A stretch of DNA of 64,000 bases from an uncultured Candidatus Saccharibacteria bacterium (GTDB taxonomy: Bacteria > Patescibacteriota > Doudnabacteria > UBA920): contig CAZDEP010000003.1 in assembly GCA_964504715.1 (NCBI GenBank), forward strand, positions 10,111 through 74,110, read 5' to 3'. Positions within the stretch are counted from its first letter, which is position 1; each line of letters opens with the position of its first letter. Positions 38,607 through 47,442 of the stretch are shown piece after piece. Made by a program: the position numbers and the translations under genes. Under the pieces are notes generated by a model that had not been told where the DNA came from, did no database searches, and saw nothing but the letters and a program-made list of their open reading frames with translations.

Positions 38607-39272
38607 ATGACAAACCCACTCAAGTATGACTTTAAAACCGAAGCTCCTGCCCTGGCGATTCTTGCGGGCGCGGGAGTTTTAAGCTGGTATTTTTATGCAC
38701 ACTTTCCGGAAAAAGTAATCACCCATTGGAATTTTTACGGCCAGGCGGACGGCTTTTCAGGCAAAGCTTTTGGGGCATTCTATATGCCGCTGATTTTAGC
38801 AGCTATGTACATTTTGTTTTGGGTTTTGCCGTTTTTTGACCCGAAAAAAGAACGTTATGCCGACTTTGCTTCGGCCTATTTCCACTTTCGCTTCGCCCTC
38901 CTCTCTTGCATGTTTGCGGTATTTGCAGTGGCGGGTTTTAGCAACCTGGGCTATAAAATTCCCATGGATAAAACCATAACTGTAATTATTGGATTGCTCT
39001 TCATGTATATGGGCAACCTCATGGGCAAAATAAAAAACAACTGGTTTGTCGGGATTAAAACTCCCTGGACGCTTTCCTCGGAAAATGTTTGGAACAAAAC
39101 CCACCGCTTTGGCGGATACGCTTTTGTAATTTTTGGACTGATGCTTATTCTTATCCCCTATTTGGGCAAAACTTTGGGCCTGGTGGCTTTTATAAGCGGC
39201 CTTGCGCTTTTGGTCTTCGGTACCACCGCGTATTCCTATCTTATCTACAGGCGCGAACAAAAACGCATGTGA
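38607..39272 (+). CDS. sdpI: SdpI/YhfL-family membrane protein (immunity/signal-transduction protein family)
   Basis: Polytopic protein with GIKTPWTLSSENVWNKTHR, matching the SdpI family signature. It is paired with an ArsR-family regulator, as in Bacillus sdpRI. Confidence 0.7.
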   Translation: MTNPLKYDFKTEAPALAILAGAGVLSWYFYAHFPEKVITHWNFYGQADGFSGKAFGAFYMPLILAAMYILFWVLPFFDPKKERYADFASAYFHFRFALLSCMFAVFAVAGFSNLGYKIPMDKTITVIIGLLFMYMGNLMGKIKNNWFVGIKTPWTLSSENVWNKTHRFGGYAFVIFGLMLILIPYLGKTLGLVAFISGLALLVFGTTAYSYLIYRREQKRM

Positions 39273-39284
39273 TATAATTTAGCT

Positions 39285-39995
39285 ATGAACATTCATAGCT
39301 ACAAAACGCTGCCGGAAGCAACCGCCGCGGCCGGCGAACATTTAAACGAACTTTTAACGGACAATAAAAAATCCCAAATTTTGCTTTTACTTTCGGGCGG
39401 TTCTTCGCTTGCGATTTTGGATTATATGAGCAGTTCCGGCTTGGGAGAAAACCTCACCATTACCATGCTGGACGAACGCTTCAGCCAGGAAGCGGAAATT
39501 AACAACTTCCTTAAGCTGCAAAAACTGGATTTTTATTCAGGCGCGCTGGCTGCGGGCGCGAATTTTATTGGCACGCTCCCCAGGCCCGGCGAAAATGTGG
39601 AAGATATGCGCTACCGCATGGAAACCAACCTGCGCTCATGGCAAAAAGACCACCCCCGGGGAAAAATTTTTGCGGTATTCGGCATGGGCCCAGACGGTCA
39701 TACTGCCGGCATTTTCCCTTTTGAGGAAGATGCGCAGTTTTTCTCGGAAAATTTTGAAAACCAGCACTACGTCGCCGGCTACAAAGCCGAAGGCAAGCAT
39801 AAATATCCCGAACGCCTAACAGCCACGTTTCCTTTTTTTAAAAATATTGACGAAGCTATTTTATTTGCCTGCGGACAAGAAAAAAAAGAAGCTTTAAACA
39901 AACTTATAAAAGGCGCCGAACAACCCCACCGCCTACCGGCCTTAGGCATTTACGAAACCAAAAACTTTTCAATCTTTACCGATATTGCACAATAA
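39285..39995 (+). CDS. pgl: 6-phosphogluconolactonase (NagB/Pgl family sugar-phosphate isomerase-like fold)
   Basis: LLLSGGSS and FGMGPDGHTAGIFP match the Pgl/DevB signature. Confidence 0.75.
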   Translation: MNIHSYKTLPEATAAAGEHLNELLTDNKKSQILLLLSGGSSLAILDYMSSSGLGENLTITMLDERFSQEAEINNFLKLQKLDFYSGALAAGANFIGTLPRPGENVEDMRYRMETNLRSWQKDHPRGKIFAVFGMGPDGHTAGIFPFEEDAQFFSENFENQHYVAGYKAEGKHKYPERLTATFPFFKNIDEAILFACGQEKKEALNKLIKGAEQPHRLPALGIYETKNFSIFTDIAQ

Positions 39996-39996
39996 A

Positions 39997-41283
39997 TTAC
40001 AGAGGCTTGCTGGGCTTGTAACGCCCAAGCTGCAAGTTGCCAGGGCCGCCTATGGACAACACTTCCTTTATGGCTTTTATTGGGTTTTGCACTTTAAGCT
40101 TGCCGATATTTTCTTTTACGTGACTGTAAGCATCCCTAAAAGGCATCCCCTCTTTTACCAGGCGGTTGGCTTCGTGGACCGCAAAAAATTCCGGCGCCAA
40201 TGACTTTATAAGTACTTTCCTGTTGGGCTTAACTTTCCCCATCACGAGCGCGCAAACTTCCAGGCTGCGCCTTGCAATCCCCAAGCCTTTTATGAGTGGC
40301 TCTTTGGTCAGCTGCGTATCGCGGTTATAGCCGGAAATAAGGCCGGTGGAAATGTCCTTTACCTGGGTTTGAAGAGCCACGATTACGCGCACATTGCTCC
40401 TCATAATTTCAAAAATATCTGGATTCCGTTTTTGCGGCATAATGGAGGAGCCGGTGGTAAATTCCCAGGGCAAGTCAAAAAAATTAAATTCCGGCGTGGT
40501 GAACCAGATCATTTCGTTGGCCAGGCGCCCGAGCGTCATCATAATTTTTGTCAGCACGGAAAGCAAATGCGCTTCCGTGGTGCCGCGGCTGTTTACGGCG
40601 TAAAGCGAATTAATTTGAAGGCGCTTAAATCCCAAAAGCCGTGTGGTCAATTCCCTATCGAGCGGCAAGTTTATTCCAAAGCCCGCGGCCGCCCCAAGCG
40701 GGTTCTGATCGTTTAAATCATACGCGGCCTCGAGCAATCTATGGTCGTTAATCAGCTCTTCCACATAAGCGGCCGCCCAATGGCCCACGCTGGAGGGCAT
40801 GGCCCGCCGCGTGTGAGTGTAGCCGGGCATGGGCACAAATTCATTGGCCTTGGCCATTTTTAAAAACACATTTTGCAGCTTTATTAATTCCGCGCTTATC
40901 TGCTTTAATTTTTTCCGCGTGTAAAGCCTGGTGGCCACCAGCACCTGGTCGTTCCGGGAGCGGCCGGTGTGGATTTTTTTTCCCAAATCACCCAACTTTT
41001 CCACCAAATATCCTTCAATCGCGGTATGACAGTCTTCGTCCGACTGTTTAATTTCAAATTTTCCGGCGGCATGGAGCTTTAGAATTTCGTTTAAAGCCTT
41101 GTTTAATTTTTGGTATTCGCCCGCAGTTAAAATTTTGGCCTTTACCAGCGCCTGCGCATGGGCTTTGCTCGCTTCAATGTCAAAAGGCAACAGCCTCAAA
41201 TCCAAAATATAGTCGTTGCCGACCGTGTATTTTTCCACCAAAGGATGAAGCTTGGTGGATTTAGATTGCCAAAGTTTGGCCAT
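39997..41283 (-). CDS. argH: argininosuccinate lyase
   Basis: The N-terminus KLWQ, TGRSRNDQV, and the fumarate-lyase signature GSSIMPQKRNPD. Start placed at the internal MAKLW. Confidence 0.9.
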   Translation of the reverse strand: MAKLWQSKSTKLHPLVEKYTVGNDYILDLRLLPFDIEASKAHAQALVKAKILTAGEYQKLNKALNEILKLHAAGKFEIKQSDEDCHTAIEGYLVEKLGDLGKKIHTGRSRNDQVLVATRLYTRKKLKQISAELIKLQNVFLKMAKANEFVPMPGYTHTRRAMPSSVGHWAAAYVEELINDHRLLEAAYDLNDQNPLGAAAGFGINLPLDRELTTRLLGFKRLQINSLYAVNSRGTTEAHLLSVLTKIMMTLGRLANEMIWFTTPEFNFFDLPWEFTTGSSIMPQKRNPDIFEIMRSNVRVIVALQTQVKDISTGLISGYNRDTQLTKEPLIKGLGIARRSLEVCALVMGKVKPNRKVLIKSLAPEFFAVHEANRLVKEGMPFRDAYSHVKENIGKLKVQNPIKAIKEVLSIGGPGNLQLGRYKPSKPL

Positions 41284-41290
41284 AAAATTA

Positions 41291-41365
41291 TTAGTTGTAA
41301 GTTGTAAGTAAATAAGTAGCAAGCAACTTACAACTCTACAACTTACTACTTACAACTTAAATTAC
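41291..41365. repeat. cluster of octamer repeats gttgtaag (x2 forward) / cttacaac (x3 reverse) able to form a long hairpin, between the amidohydrolase gene end and the argH start
   Basis: ttagttgtaagttgtaagtaaataagtagcaagcaacttacaactctacaacttactacttacaactt. Confidence 0.4.
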
Positions 41366-42336
41366 TTGTATTCCAAAAGCTTTCTTCCATTCGCCGTCGC
41401 AATTTCAACCAGCTGGTCAAAATCATAAAACCTGCACGCTTCCTGCAATATGCGCATTTCGGTCCAGAGGTCGCCATCTATGAAAGGCTGATAAAAATCG
41501 GCGACATTATCAACGCCCATTCCTACAAGCACTCCGGCTTCGAGCATTTCCGGCACATTGGCAATGCTGTTATGCACGCCGGACTGCAAATCGTTTAACT
41601 GGCGCATGGATAGCCCGGCCGACGGGCAGGTTACCGCGGCAACCCCCAAACCTTTCATCCGCTTGTAAATTTGGCTGCGGTAAGTTTTAGGCTGGGCTGA
41701 AACCGACAAAACATGCACGCCCACTACTCGGCCCTCGTAGCCGTATTTTTCCGTAAAATCCAAAAGTTTTTCCGTGTCTTTTTCTTCCGGGTTATTTTCC
41801 TGGTCAATATGCACATGCAGCGGCTTGTTTAAATTTTTTGCGATGCTAAAAAGCAATTCATAATTTTCCAAATCCCTGGGACGGTCTTTGGAAGGCAGGC
41901 CCCCGGCAATATCCGCTTTGGCGGTAATGGCTTCATATAAATCACGTTCGGCTTTATCAACCAACCCGCCCAAAGGCTGGGTGATGGTTAAGAGTTTTAT
42001 TTTTTCCTGATATTCGTCTTTAACCTTATTGGCCGCGTCTATGGCTTTGTGGCCCACCGCAGAATACGCATCTACAAAAGTACAGGTGGTTTTGCAGCCC
42101 TGAGCAACTAAAATATCCAAGGCTGTCCTAATGCGTTCCTCAATTTGCGCTTGGGTGGATGCCCGCTTCATATCGTCCGACATGCGCCACTTGGTTTCCA
42201 TATCGACCATAGATTTGTCCAAACCCTCCTTGGTAATATAAAACGCCTTGTCAAAATGAGCGTGGCAGTTTACAAAGCCGCCTTTGGCCGCAATTGCTTC
42301 CAGCATTTGTGATTTTAGGTCCCAAAGTTTATTCAT
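41362..42336 (-). CDS. metal-dependent amidohydrolase-superfamily protein (cytosine/aminohydrolase-like)
   Basis: HxH motif near the N-terminus (VNCHAHFDK), then HVHIDQ, VGVHV and a late Asp (MGVDNVADF), consistent with a TIM-barrel amidohydrolase metal-ligand pattern. The exact substrate is unknown. Confidence 0.55.
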   Translation of the reverse strand: MNKLWDLKSQMLEAIAAKGGFVNCHAHFDKAFYITKEGLDKSMVDMETKWRMSDDMKRASTQAQIEERIRTALDILVAQGCKTTCTFVDAYSAVGHKAIDAANKVKDEYQEKIKLLTITQPLGGLVDKAERDLYEAITAKADIAGGLPSKDRPRDLENYELLFSIAKNLNKPLHVHIDQENNPEEKDTEKLLDFTEKYGYEGRVVGVHVLSVSAQPKTYRSQIYKRMKGLGVAAVTCPSAGLSMRQLNDLQSGVHNSIANVPEMLEAGVLVGMGVDNVADFYQPFIDGDLWTEMRILQEACRFYDFDQLVEIATANGRKLLEYK

Positions 42337-42467
42337 ATATATTTGATACTTAACTATTTGATAAAAAATATTTTAATCGATTTTTTAAATATCTTTTTCC
42401 GGGTCCAGATTTAAGAAATTTTTCCCTAGTCCTTGCATCTTGTGGATTAATACATACCTCGTAATTT

Positions 42468-42533
42468 ACCCCGTTAGAAGTCAGTCGCCTAAGGCGACTG
42501 CCGATGCCCTTGGCATCGGACTTCTAACGGGGT
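42468..42533. other. perfectly nested Y-shaped (three-way) hairpin: a 14-15 bp outer stem enclosing two hairpins (7 bp and 8 bp, triloops)
   Basis: accccgttagaagtc | agtcgcc-taa-ggcgact | g | ccgatgcc-ctt-ggcatcgg | a cttctaacggggt. All arms are perfectly complementary. Confidence 0.6.
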
Positions 42534-42541
42534 AAAAAAAT

Positions 42542-42571
42542 AACCCCATTTCCCTATGTAGGGATGGGGTT
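42542..42571. other. second hairpin (aaccccat..ccct / agggatggggtt) immediately following the Y-shaped element
   Basis: aaccccatttccctatgtagggatggggtt. Confidence 0.45.
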
Positions 42572-42685
42572 GAAACGAGCAAATTTGAAGTGAAAAATTA
42601 AATTCATCCCCTTAACAATACCAAAGTGGAAAACTGCAGTCAACCCCCTTAAAATATGTTATAATATGGCTATAAAGGAGAGGAT

Positions 42686-44062
42686 GTGCCCACGAAACCA
42701 ATACCAAATCCACAAATCCCCTACACGCCGCAAAAAAACCCATCACCCGGAAAAACCGGCACTTTTGGCAATGGCCTAAAAAACGCCGTGGAGGCTCCGC
42801 TTAAAGGTGCGGGCAAGTTCTGGGAAGCCTTAGGCCCGGGCTTTACCACCGGCGCGGCAGACGACGACCCTTCGGGCATTGCCACCTATTCCCAAACCGG
42901 CGCCGGCTTTGGCAACAAGCTTTTGTGGCTCGCGCCTTTTTCTTTCCCGCTTATGGCCGTGGTGCAGGAAATGTGCGCGCGCATTGGCCTGGTTACCGGC
43001 AGGGGTTTGGCCGGCAACATTAAAAAGTTTTATTCCAAAAAATTTCTCTACCTGGTTTCCGGCTTACTGTTTTTTGCCAACGCCTTTAACATAGGGGCCG
43101 ATTTGGGCGCCATGGCCGCGGCCACGCGCCTGCTTTTACCCGGCCTTAATTTCAATTTTTTGGTCAGCGTCTTTGCCATAATTTGCGCAAGCCTGCAAAT
43201 TTACATTTCTTACCGGACCTATTCCAAATATTTAAAATGGCTCGCCCTAATTTTGCTGGCCTATGTTTTTGCGGCCCTAAACCTAAATTTGGATTGGACG
43301 CAAATTTTCCGCCAGGGCATTATCCCGCACCTGAATTTCAGCCGCTCGGAAATAGTTTTGGTATGCGCCATTTTGGGCACGACCATTTCACCCTACCTGT
43401 TCTTTTGGCAAACTTCGCAGGAAGTGGAAGAAGAAATTTTGCAGGGCAAAACTACGCTAAAAATCAGGCAAAGCGAAACCCATCCGGCTGAAATAAAAAA
43501 AATGCGCGCAGACGTGTGGTGGGGTATGTTTTTCTCCAACTTGGTAATGTTCTTTATTATAGTCACCACGGCCGCCACCCTGTTTAAAAACGGCATTACT
43601 GACATAAATACCGCTTCCGAAGCCGCGGCCGCGCTTAAGCCTTTCGCCGGCAAATATGCTTCCTGGCTGTTTACCTTTGGCATAATCGGCACCGGCCTCT
43701 TGGCCGTACCCGTCTTAGCCGGCAGCGCATCTTACGCGCTTTCGGAGGCCTTCGGCTGGCGCGCGGGCCTGTTTAAAAAACTCCGGCAAGCCAAAGCTTT
43801 TTACGGCACCATAATTGCGGCCATGGTTTTTGGGCTGCTCATGAATTTTTTAAACATTAATCCTATTAAAACCCTGATTTTGTCCGCGGTAATAAATGGC
43901 CTGGTCGCGCCTTTAATTTTAGTGCCAATTGTCCAGTTAAGCGATAATCCCAAACTTATGGGCAATTGGGTAAACAGCCGGCCGATTTCAGTCTTAGGGT
44001 GGATAATTTGCATAATTATGATTTTGGTGGGAGTCGCCACAGTCGCCACTCTTCTGTTTTGA
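42686..44062 (+). CDS. mntH: NRAMP-family divalent metal (Mn2+/Fe2+) transporter
   Basis: GPGFTTGAADDDPSGIATYSQTGAGFG...LLW and MAVVQEMCARIGLVTG match the Nramp consensus motifs. ~11 TM helices. Confidence 0.85.
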   Translation: MPTKPIPNPQIPYTPQKNPSPGKTGTFGNGLKNAVEAPLKGAGKFWEALGPGFTTGAADDDPSGIATYSQTGAGFGNKLLWLAPFSFPLMAVVQEMCARIGLVTGRGLAGNIKKFYSKKFLYLVSGLLFFANAFNIGADLGAMAAATRLLLPGLNFNFLVSVFAIICASLQIYISYRTYSKYLKWLALILLAYVFAALNLNLDWTQIFRQGIIPHLNFSRSEIVLVCAILGTTISPYLFFWQTSQEVEEEILQGKTTLKIRQSETHPAEIKKMRADVWWGMFFSNLVMFFIIVTTAATLFKNGITDINTASEAAAALKPFAGKYASWLFTFGIIGTGLLAVPVLAGSASYALSEAFGWRAGLFKKLRQAKAFYGTIIAAMVFGLLMNFLNINPIKTLILSAVINGLVAPLILVPIVQLSDNPKLMGNWVNSRPISVLGWIICIIMILVGVATVATLLF

Positions 44063-44165
44063 CAAATTTGGCTAGATATACTAGAATATACCAGTAAATT
44101 CACCCTCCTTAAGCCTTAAAGTCCTTTAAATGGACTGGGCTTAATTTAGAGGCAAACAAAAAACA

Positions 44166-44672
44166 TTGCTTAAAGTAAGGATTAACCACCAAATAAAAGC
44201 TTCAGAAGTCCGCGTTGTCACTGAAGAAGGTGAACAATTGGGGATTATGAAGCTTTCGCAGGCCCTGGGATTGGCCAATGAACACGGCCTCGATTTAATA
44301 GAGGTCGCGCCCAATGCCCAGCCGCCTGTTTGTAAAATTATAGATTTCGCCAAGTACAAGTACCAGCAAAAAAAAGCCGAAAGCGAAGCCAGGAAGAAGG
44401 CGAAAAAGACCGAGGTTAAGACCATCTGGCTGTCCATGAGGATTGGTCAGCACGACATGGAGGTTAAATCCAAAAAAGTGGACGAATTCCTAGAAGGCGG
44501 CGATGTCGTCAGGATTGAACTTCGGATGCGCGGGCGCGAACAAGCCTTTCCCGATTTGGCCAGACAGCAGCTTGAAGGCTTTTTAAAACTCGTTTCCAAA
44601 CCTTACCGCGTGGACGTGCCCATAAAAAAAATGGGCGGAACCTTTTCATTAACAATCGCACCAAGTAAATAA
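44166..44672 (+). CDS. infC: translation initiation factor IF-3, with a non-AUG (TTG) start codon
   Basis: INHQIKASEVRVVTEEGEQLGIM...LDLIEVAPNAQPPVCKIIDF aligns with the IF3 N- and C-domains. The start codon at 44166 is ttg. Confidence 0.9.
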   Translation: MLKVRINHQIKASEVRVVTEEGEQLGIMKLSQALGLANEHGLDLIEVAPNAQPPVCKIIDFAKYKYQQKKAESEARKKAKKTEVKTIWLSMRIGQHDMEVKSKKVDEFLEGGDVVRIELRMRGREQAFPDLARQQLEGFLKLVSKPYRVDVPIKKMGGTFSLTIAPSK

Positions 44673-44784
44673 TTTTTGATGCGAGGCCTCGACTTTACGT
44701 CGGGCCGAGCAAACAATATAGGGAAAAAGATAAGACTTGAAAAGAAAAAACCGTTAGGTTTTGTCTTTTCAAAAAAACAATCCT

Positions 44785-44979
44785 ATGCCTAAAGTAAAAA
44801 CTCACAAAGGTACCGTAAAAAGAATTAAAAAAACCAAGCGCGGCAAACTGATTGCTAGGAGCACGGGCCAGGACCATTTTAATTCGCGCGAATCCGGCAA
44901 GACGACCAAAAACAAGCGCCGGGATTTAGTACTGCACCCCAGCCACAATAAACTGAAATCATTAATACCGTATAAATAA
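44785..44979 (+). CDS. rpmI: 50S ribosomal protein L35
   Basis: MPKVKTHKGTVKRIKKTKRGK...H is the L35 signature. The ORF-track start at 44761 was replaced by the internal ATG. Confidence 0.9.
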   Translation: MPKVKTHKGTVKRIKKTKRGKLIARSTGQDHFNSRESGKTTKNKRRDLVLHPSHNKLKSLIPYK

Positions 44980-45058
44980 CTGTAGCATGTATCATGTAGC
45001 AAGTATTAAGGGCGAACCTTTTGCTTGATACTTGATACTTAATACTTGATACTAATTT

Positions 45059-45400
45059 ATGACCAGAATCAAACGCGGCGTAGCCGCCAACAAACGAAGA
45101 AAAAACCTTTTAAAGCGCGCCAAAGGCTTTACTAACCGCCGCTCCACTAATTTTGTCTATGCGCGCCAAGCCCTGCTTAAGGCCGACAGCTATTCCTACC
45201 GCGACCGTCGGAATAAAAAGCGCGATATGCGCGCCCTTTGGCTCATAAGGGCCAACGCCGCCTTAAGGGACAGCGGCACCACTTGGAGCAAGTTTGCAGG
45301 CAAACTCAAAAAAGCCAACATTACTATAAACCGCAAAATGCTTTCCGAATTGGCCATCCGTCACCCCGAAGCTTTTGACCGCTTGGTAAAATCGGTATAA
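45059..45400 (+). CDS. rplT: 50S ribosomal protein L20
   Basis: MTRIKRGVAANKRRKNLLKRAKGF...RDRRNKKRDMRALWLIRANAA. It is the last gene of the conserved infC-rpmI-rplT operon. Confidence 0.9.
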   Translation: MTRIKRGVAANKRRKNLLKRAKGFTNRRSTNFVYARQALLKADSYSYRDRRNKKRDMRALWLIRANAALRDSGTTWSKFAGKLKKANITINRKMLSELAIRHPEAFDRLVKSV

Positions 45401-45421
45401 AAGCGCATGCTTTAAAAATTT

Positions 45422-45453
45422 AAAAGGGCATCCCGTATGGGATGCCCTTTTGT
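45422..45453. terminator. bidirectional intrinsic terminator (aaaa-gggcatccc-gtat-gggatgccc-tttt)
   Basis: Perfect 9-bp GC-rich stem with A/T flanks, between convergent rplT and the 45465-46034 gene. Confidence 0.65.
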
Positions 45454-45464
45454 TATGTACAGAA

Positions 45465-46034
45465 TTACTGTAACGGCTGCTGCTGGCCTTGGGGGGCTGC
45501 CTGCTGTTGCTGCTGGGGGGCTGCCTGGCTGCCTTGGGGGTTAGCCTTGTATTCCTTTATGGCCTGGACTACGCGGCCGTCGGACTTCAAGTCTTCCCAG
45601 AACAAAACCTGCGATCGGTTTATGTACATTTCGTCCACCGGACCGTGCAATTCCTGGCCTAACTTAACCAAGGAGATTTGCGGCTGCTGGTTAGCCTGGG
45701 CCTGCTGCTGTTCCGGCGTGCCCTGGAGAGGCTGCTGCTGGATAACCTGGAGGTAAAATATATCTTTCAGCCTTATAACGTCCCGATCCGTTTTTGATAC
45801 CTGCCCGAAGTATACCTGGCCGTTGGTCAAAAAGACTGCCTGGTATTTGTCGCCGGATTCTTTTTTAGAAGAGAAGAGTTTGTCGCGGAAAAGCACGCCT
45901 AAGACTACCACAACTACCACAACCACAGCCAGTACGATCCAGGGCAATTTGGAAGATGAAGGGGCGGACTGGGGCATTAAAACCGGTTCGGGCCTTGGAG
46001 TTACCGGCCTGTTCACTTTGATTTCTTCTGACAT
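45465..46034 (-). CDS. hypothetical membrane-anchored protein with a poly-Val TM segment and a Gln-rich C-terminus
   Basis: TM LAVVVVVVVVLGVLF. C-terminus PQQQQQAAPQGQQQPLQ. Confidence 0.5.
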   Translation of the reverse strand: MSEEIKVNRPVTPRPEPVLMPQSAPSSSKLPWIVLAVVVVVVVVLGVLFRDKLFSSKKESGDKYQAVFLTNGQVYFGQVSKTDRDVIRLKDIFYLQVIQQQPLQGTPEQQQAQANQQPQISLVKLGQELHGPVDEMYINRSQVLFWEDLKSDGRVVQAIKEYKANPQGSQAAPQQQQQAAPQGQQQPLQ

Positions 46035-46095
46035 AATATAGATTTTATTGTTTAATTAGTAATATATTGTTCAAGATAAAGCCACAACCTCCGGC

Positions 46096-46689
46096 TCAGC
46101 ACCGCATTATTGCGAGCTCCTCAAGCGAAAATATTTTTCGGGTAAAAATTCGGCCGGTTTTTTTGGCCGGCTGCCTTCCGAGCCGGCGGTACCACAACAG
46201 CGGCACAAACGAAGCATAAATTAAGGGCGCCTGATTAAAATCGGCACGGGAATTTTCACCTTGGTTTAAATTTTGCAGAGAAAACGCAGAACCCACCACC
46301 CTGACTTTTGCCGCGGAATAATCAAACATTAACGGCCTTACCGACAGGGCGTAGGTGATCGGCGCGGCGGCGGAAAAGGACAGGCTAAAACAGGAAGCCG
46401 GCTGGTTTAAATTAATAACCCCGGCCGATTGCACGGCCATAAAAGCGCCCGCCTGGCCGGCCACACAGCCGTTTTCCAAAACCGGGGAGGAAACCGCTTT
46501 AACTTCTCCCGGGCGAGCAACTATAATATTAACCGAGCCCGCAGCTTGGGAAACTGAACCCGCGGTTGCCATTTGCACAGGCAAAACTTCCGCCTGCGGC
46601 AAATCGGCCATAAAGCGCAAAAAAGGCGTTATGGATAATATTGCCACAAGTAATCCCATCAATTTTGGATTTTTTATGTATTTCAACAT
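46096..46689 (-). CDS. hypothetical protein (membrane-anchored; start uncertain)
   Basis: ORF-track ORF. Hydrophobic N-terminal region. Confidence 0.4.
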   Translation of the reverse strand: MLKYIKNPKLMGLLVAILSITPFLRFMADLPQAEVLPVQMATAGSVSQAAGSVNIIVARPGEVKAVSSPVLENGCVAGQAGAFMAVQSAGVINLNQPASCFSLSFSAAAPITYALSVRPLMFDYSAAKVRVVGSAFSLQNLNQGENSRADFNQAPLIYASFVPLLWYRRLGRQPAKKTGRIFTRKIFSLEELAIMRC

Positions 46690-46862
46690 TTTTTAGCCGT
46701 TTAGGCTGGAACAATTACATTTAATTATACCATAAATTAACGCCTTAATTAAAACTTTTCTATTTTTTTTATACCTTAAAAACATGGGCTTTTGGACCCT
46801 ATTTTTTATTTATCCACAAACCAACCCATAGCATAGTTTACGACCCTAAAGTATTAAAATGC

Positions 46863-46938
46863 TAGTATGATAAAATGTTTAGATAATATTGTGATAAAAT
46901 GATAGTATGATAAAATGTTAGCATGTTAACCCCCCAGC
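46863..46938 (+). promoter_or_regulatory. three direct repeats of gataaaatg (two extended to 17 nt tagtatgataaaatgtt) plus agcatgt x2, immediately upstream of the PaaX-like regulator gene; candidate operator/iterons
   Basis: gctagtatgataaaatgtttagataatattgtgataaaatgatagtatgataaaatgttagcatgttaaccccccagcATG. Confidence 0.45.
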
Positions 46939-47442
46939 ATGTCCCGTCCTTTTGACCCCACAACCCTTAATATTTTGGCCGAACTTGCCGACAAACCGTC
47001 CGTAAGTTTTTTGGAACTCCGAAAAAACATTTGCCCCCAAAAATCCTATAAAGAATTTTACAATACGCTTTACAGGCTCCATTCCGAAGGCCTTATAAAA
47101 AAAAGCGGCGACCAGGGGACGCTTAAAGCGGAAATTACCCACGAAGGCAAAACTTTGCTTATGAGAAAAACCCCGCGCCGCGACGGCGTGTGGAAACTTG
47201 TAATTTTTGACATTCCGGAAAAACACAAATACGTCAGAAGCGTCCTGAGGGCCAAATTAAAAAGCCTGCTATTTAAAAAATGGCAAAACAGCATTTGGGT
47301 TTCGCCTTACGCGCTGGACAAAGAATTGGAAGAAGAAATGAAGCAGCTGGCAAAAAAATATTTTGTCCGCCTCATCCGCGCCGCTGACATTAACGAAATG
47401 TCGGATTTGGAAAGAATGTTTAAATCTGATTTTACTGCTTAA
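46939..47442 (+). CDS. PaaX-like transcriptional regulator (N-terminal wHTH plus PaaX_C-like C-terminal domain)
   Basis: C-terminal WKLVIFDIPEKHKYVRSVLRAKLKSLLFKKWQNSIWVSPY resembles the PaaX C-terminal signature (W.LV.....E..R..R..LR..L...GF..L..S.W..P). Confidence 0.55.
   Translation: MSRPFDPTTLNILAELADKPSVSFLELRKNICPQKSYKEFYNTLYRLHSEGLIKKSGDQGTLKAEITHEGKTLLMRKTPRRDGVWKLVIFDIPEKHKYVRSVLRAKLKSLLFKKWQNSIWVSPYALDKELEEEMKQLAKKYFVRLIRAADINEMSDLERMFKSDFTA

Noticed and set aside
42468-42533. tRNA or tRNA-like element
   Set aside because: The outer stem is 14-15 bp and the arms have 3-nt loops, with no D/T-loop consensus. It is not a tRNA. No tRNA or rRNA signatures were seen anywhere in the window.
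44761-44784. Upstream start (MSFQKNNP) for rpmI
   Set aside because: L35 orthologs begin MPK(V/M)KT. The internal ATG at 44785 gives the canonical N-terminus.
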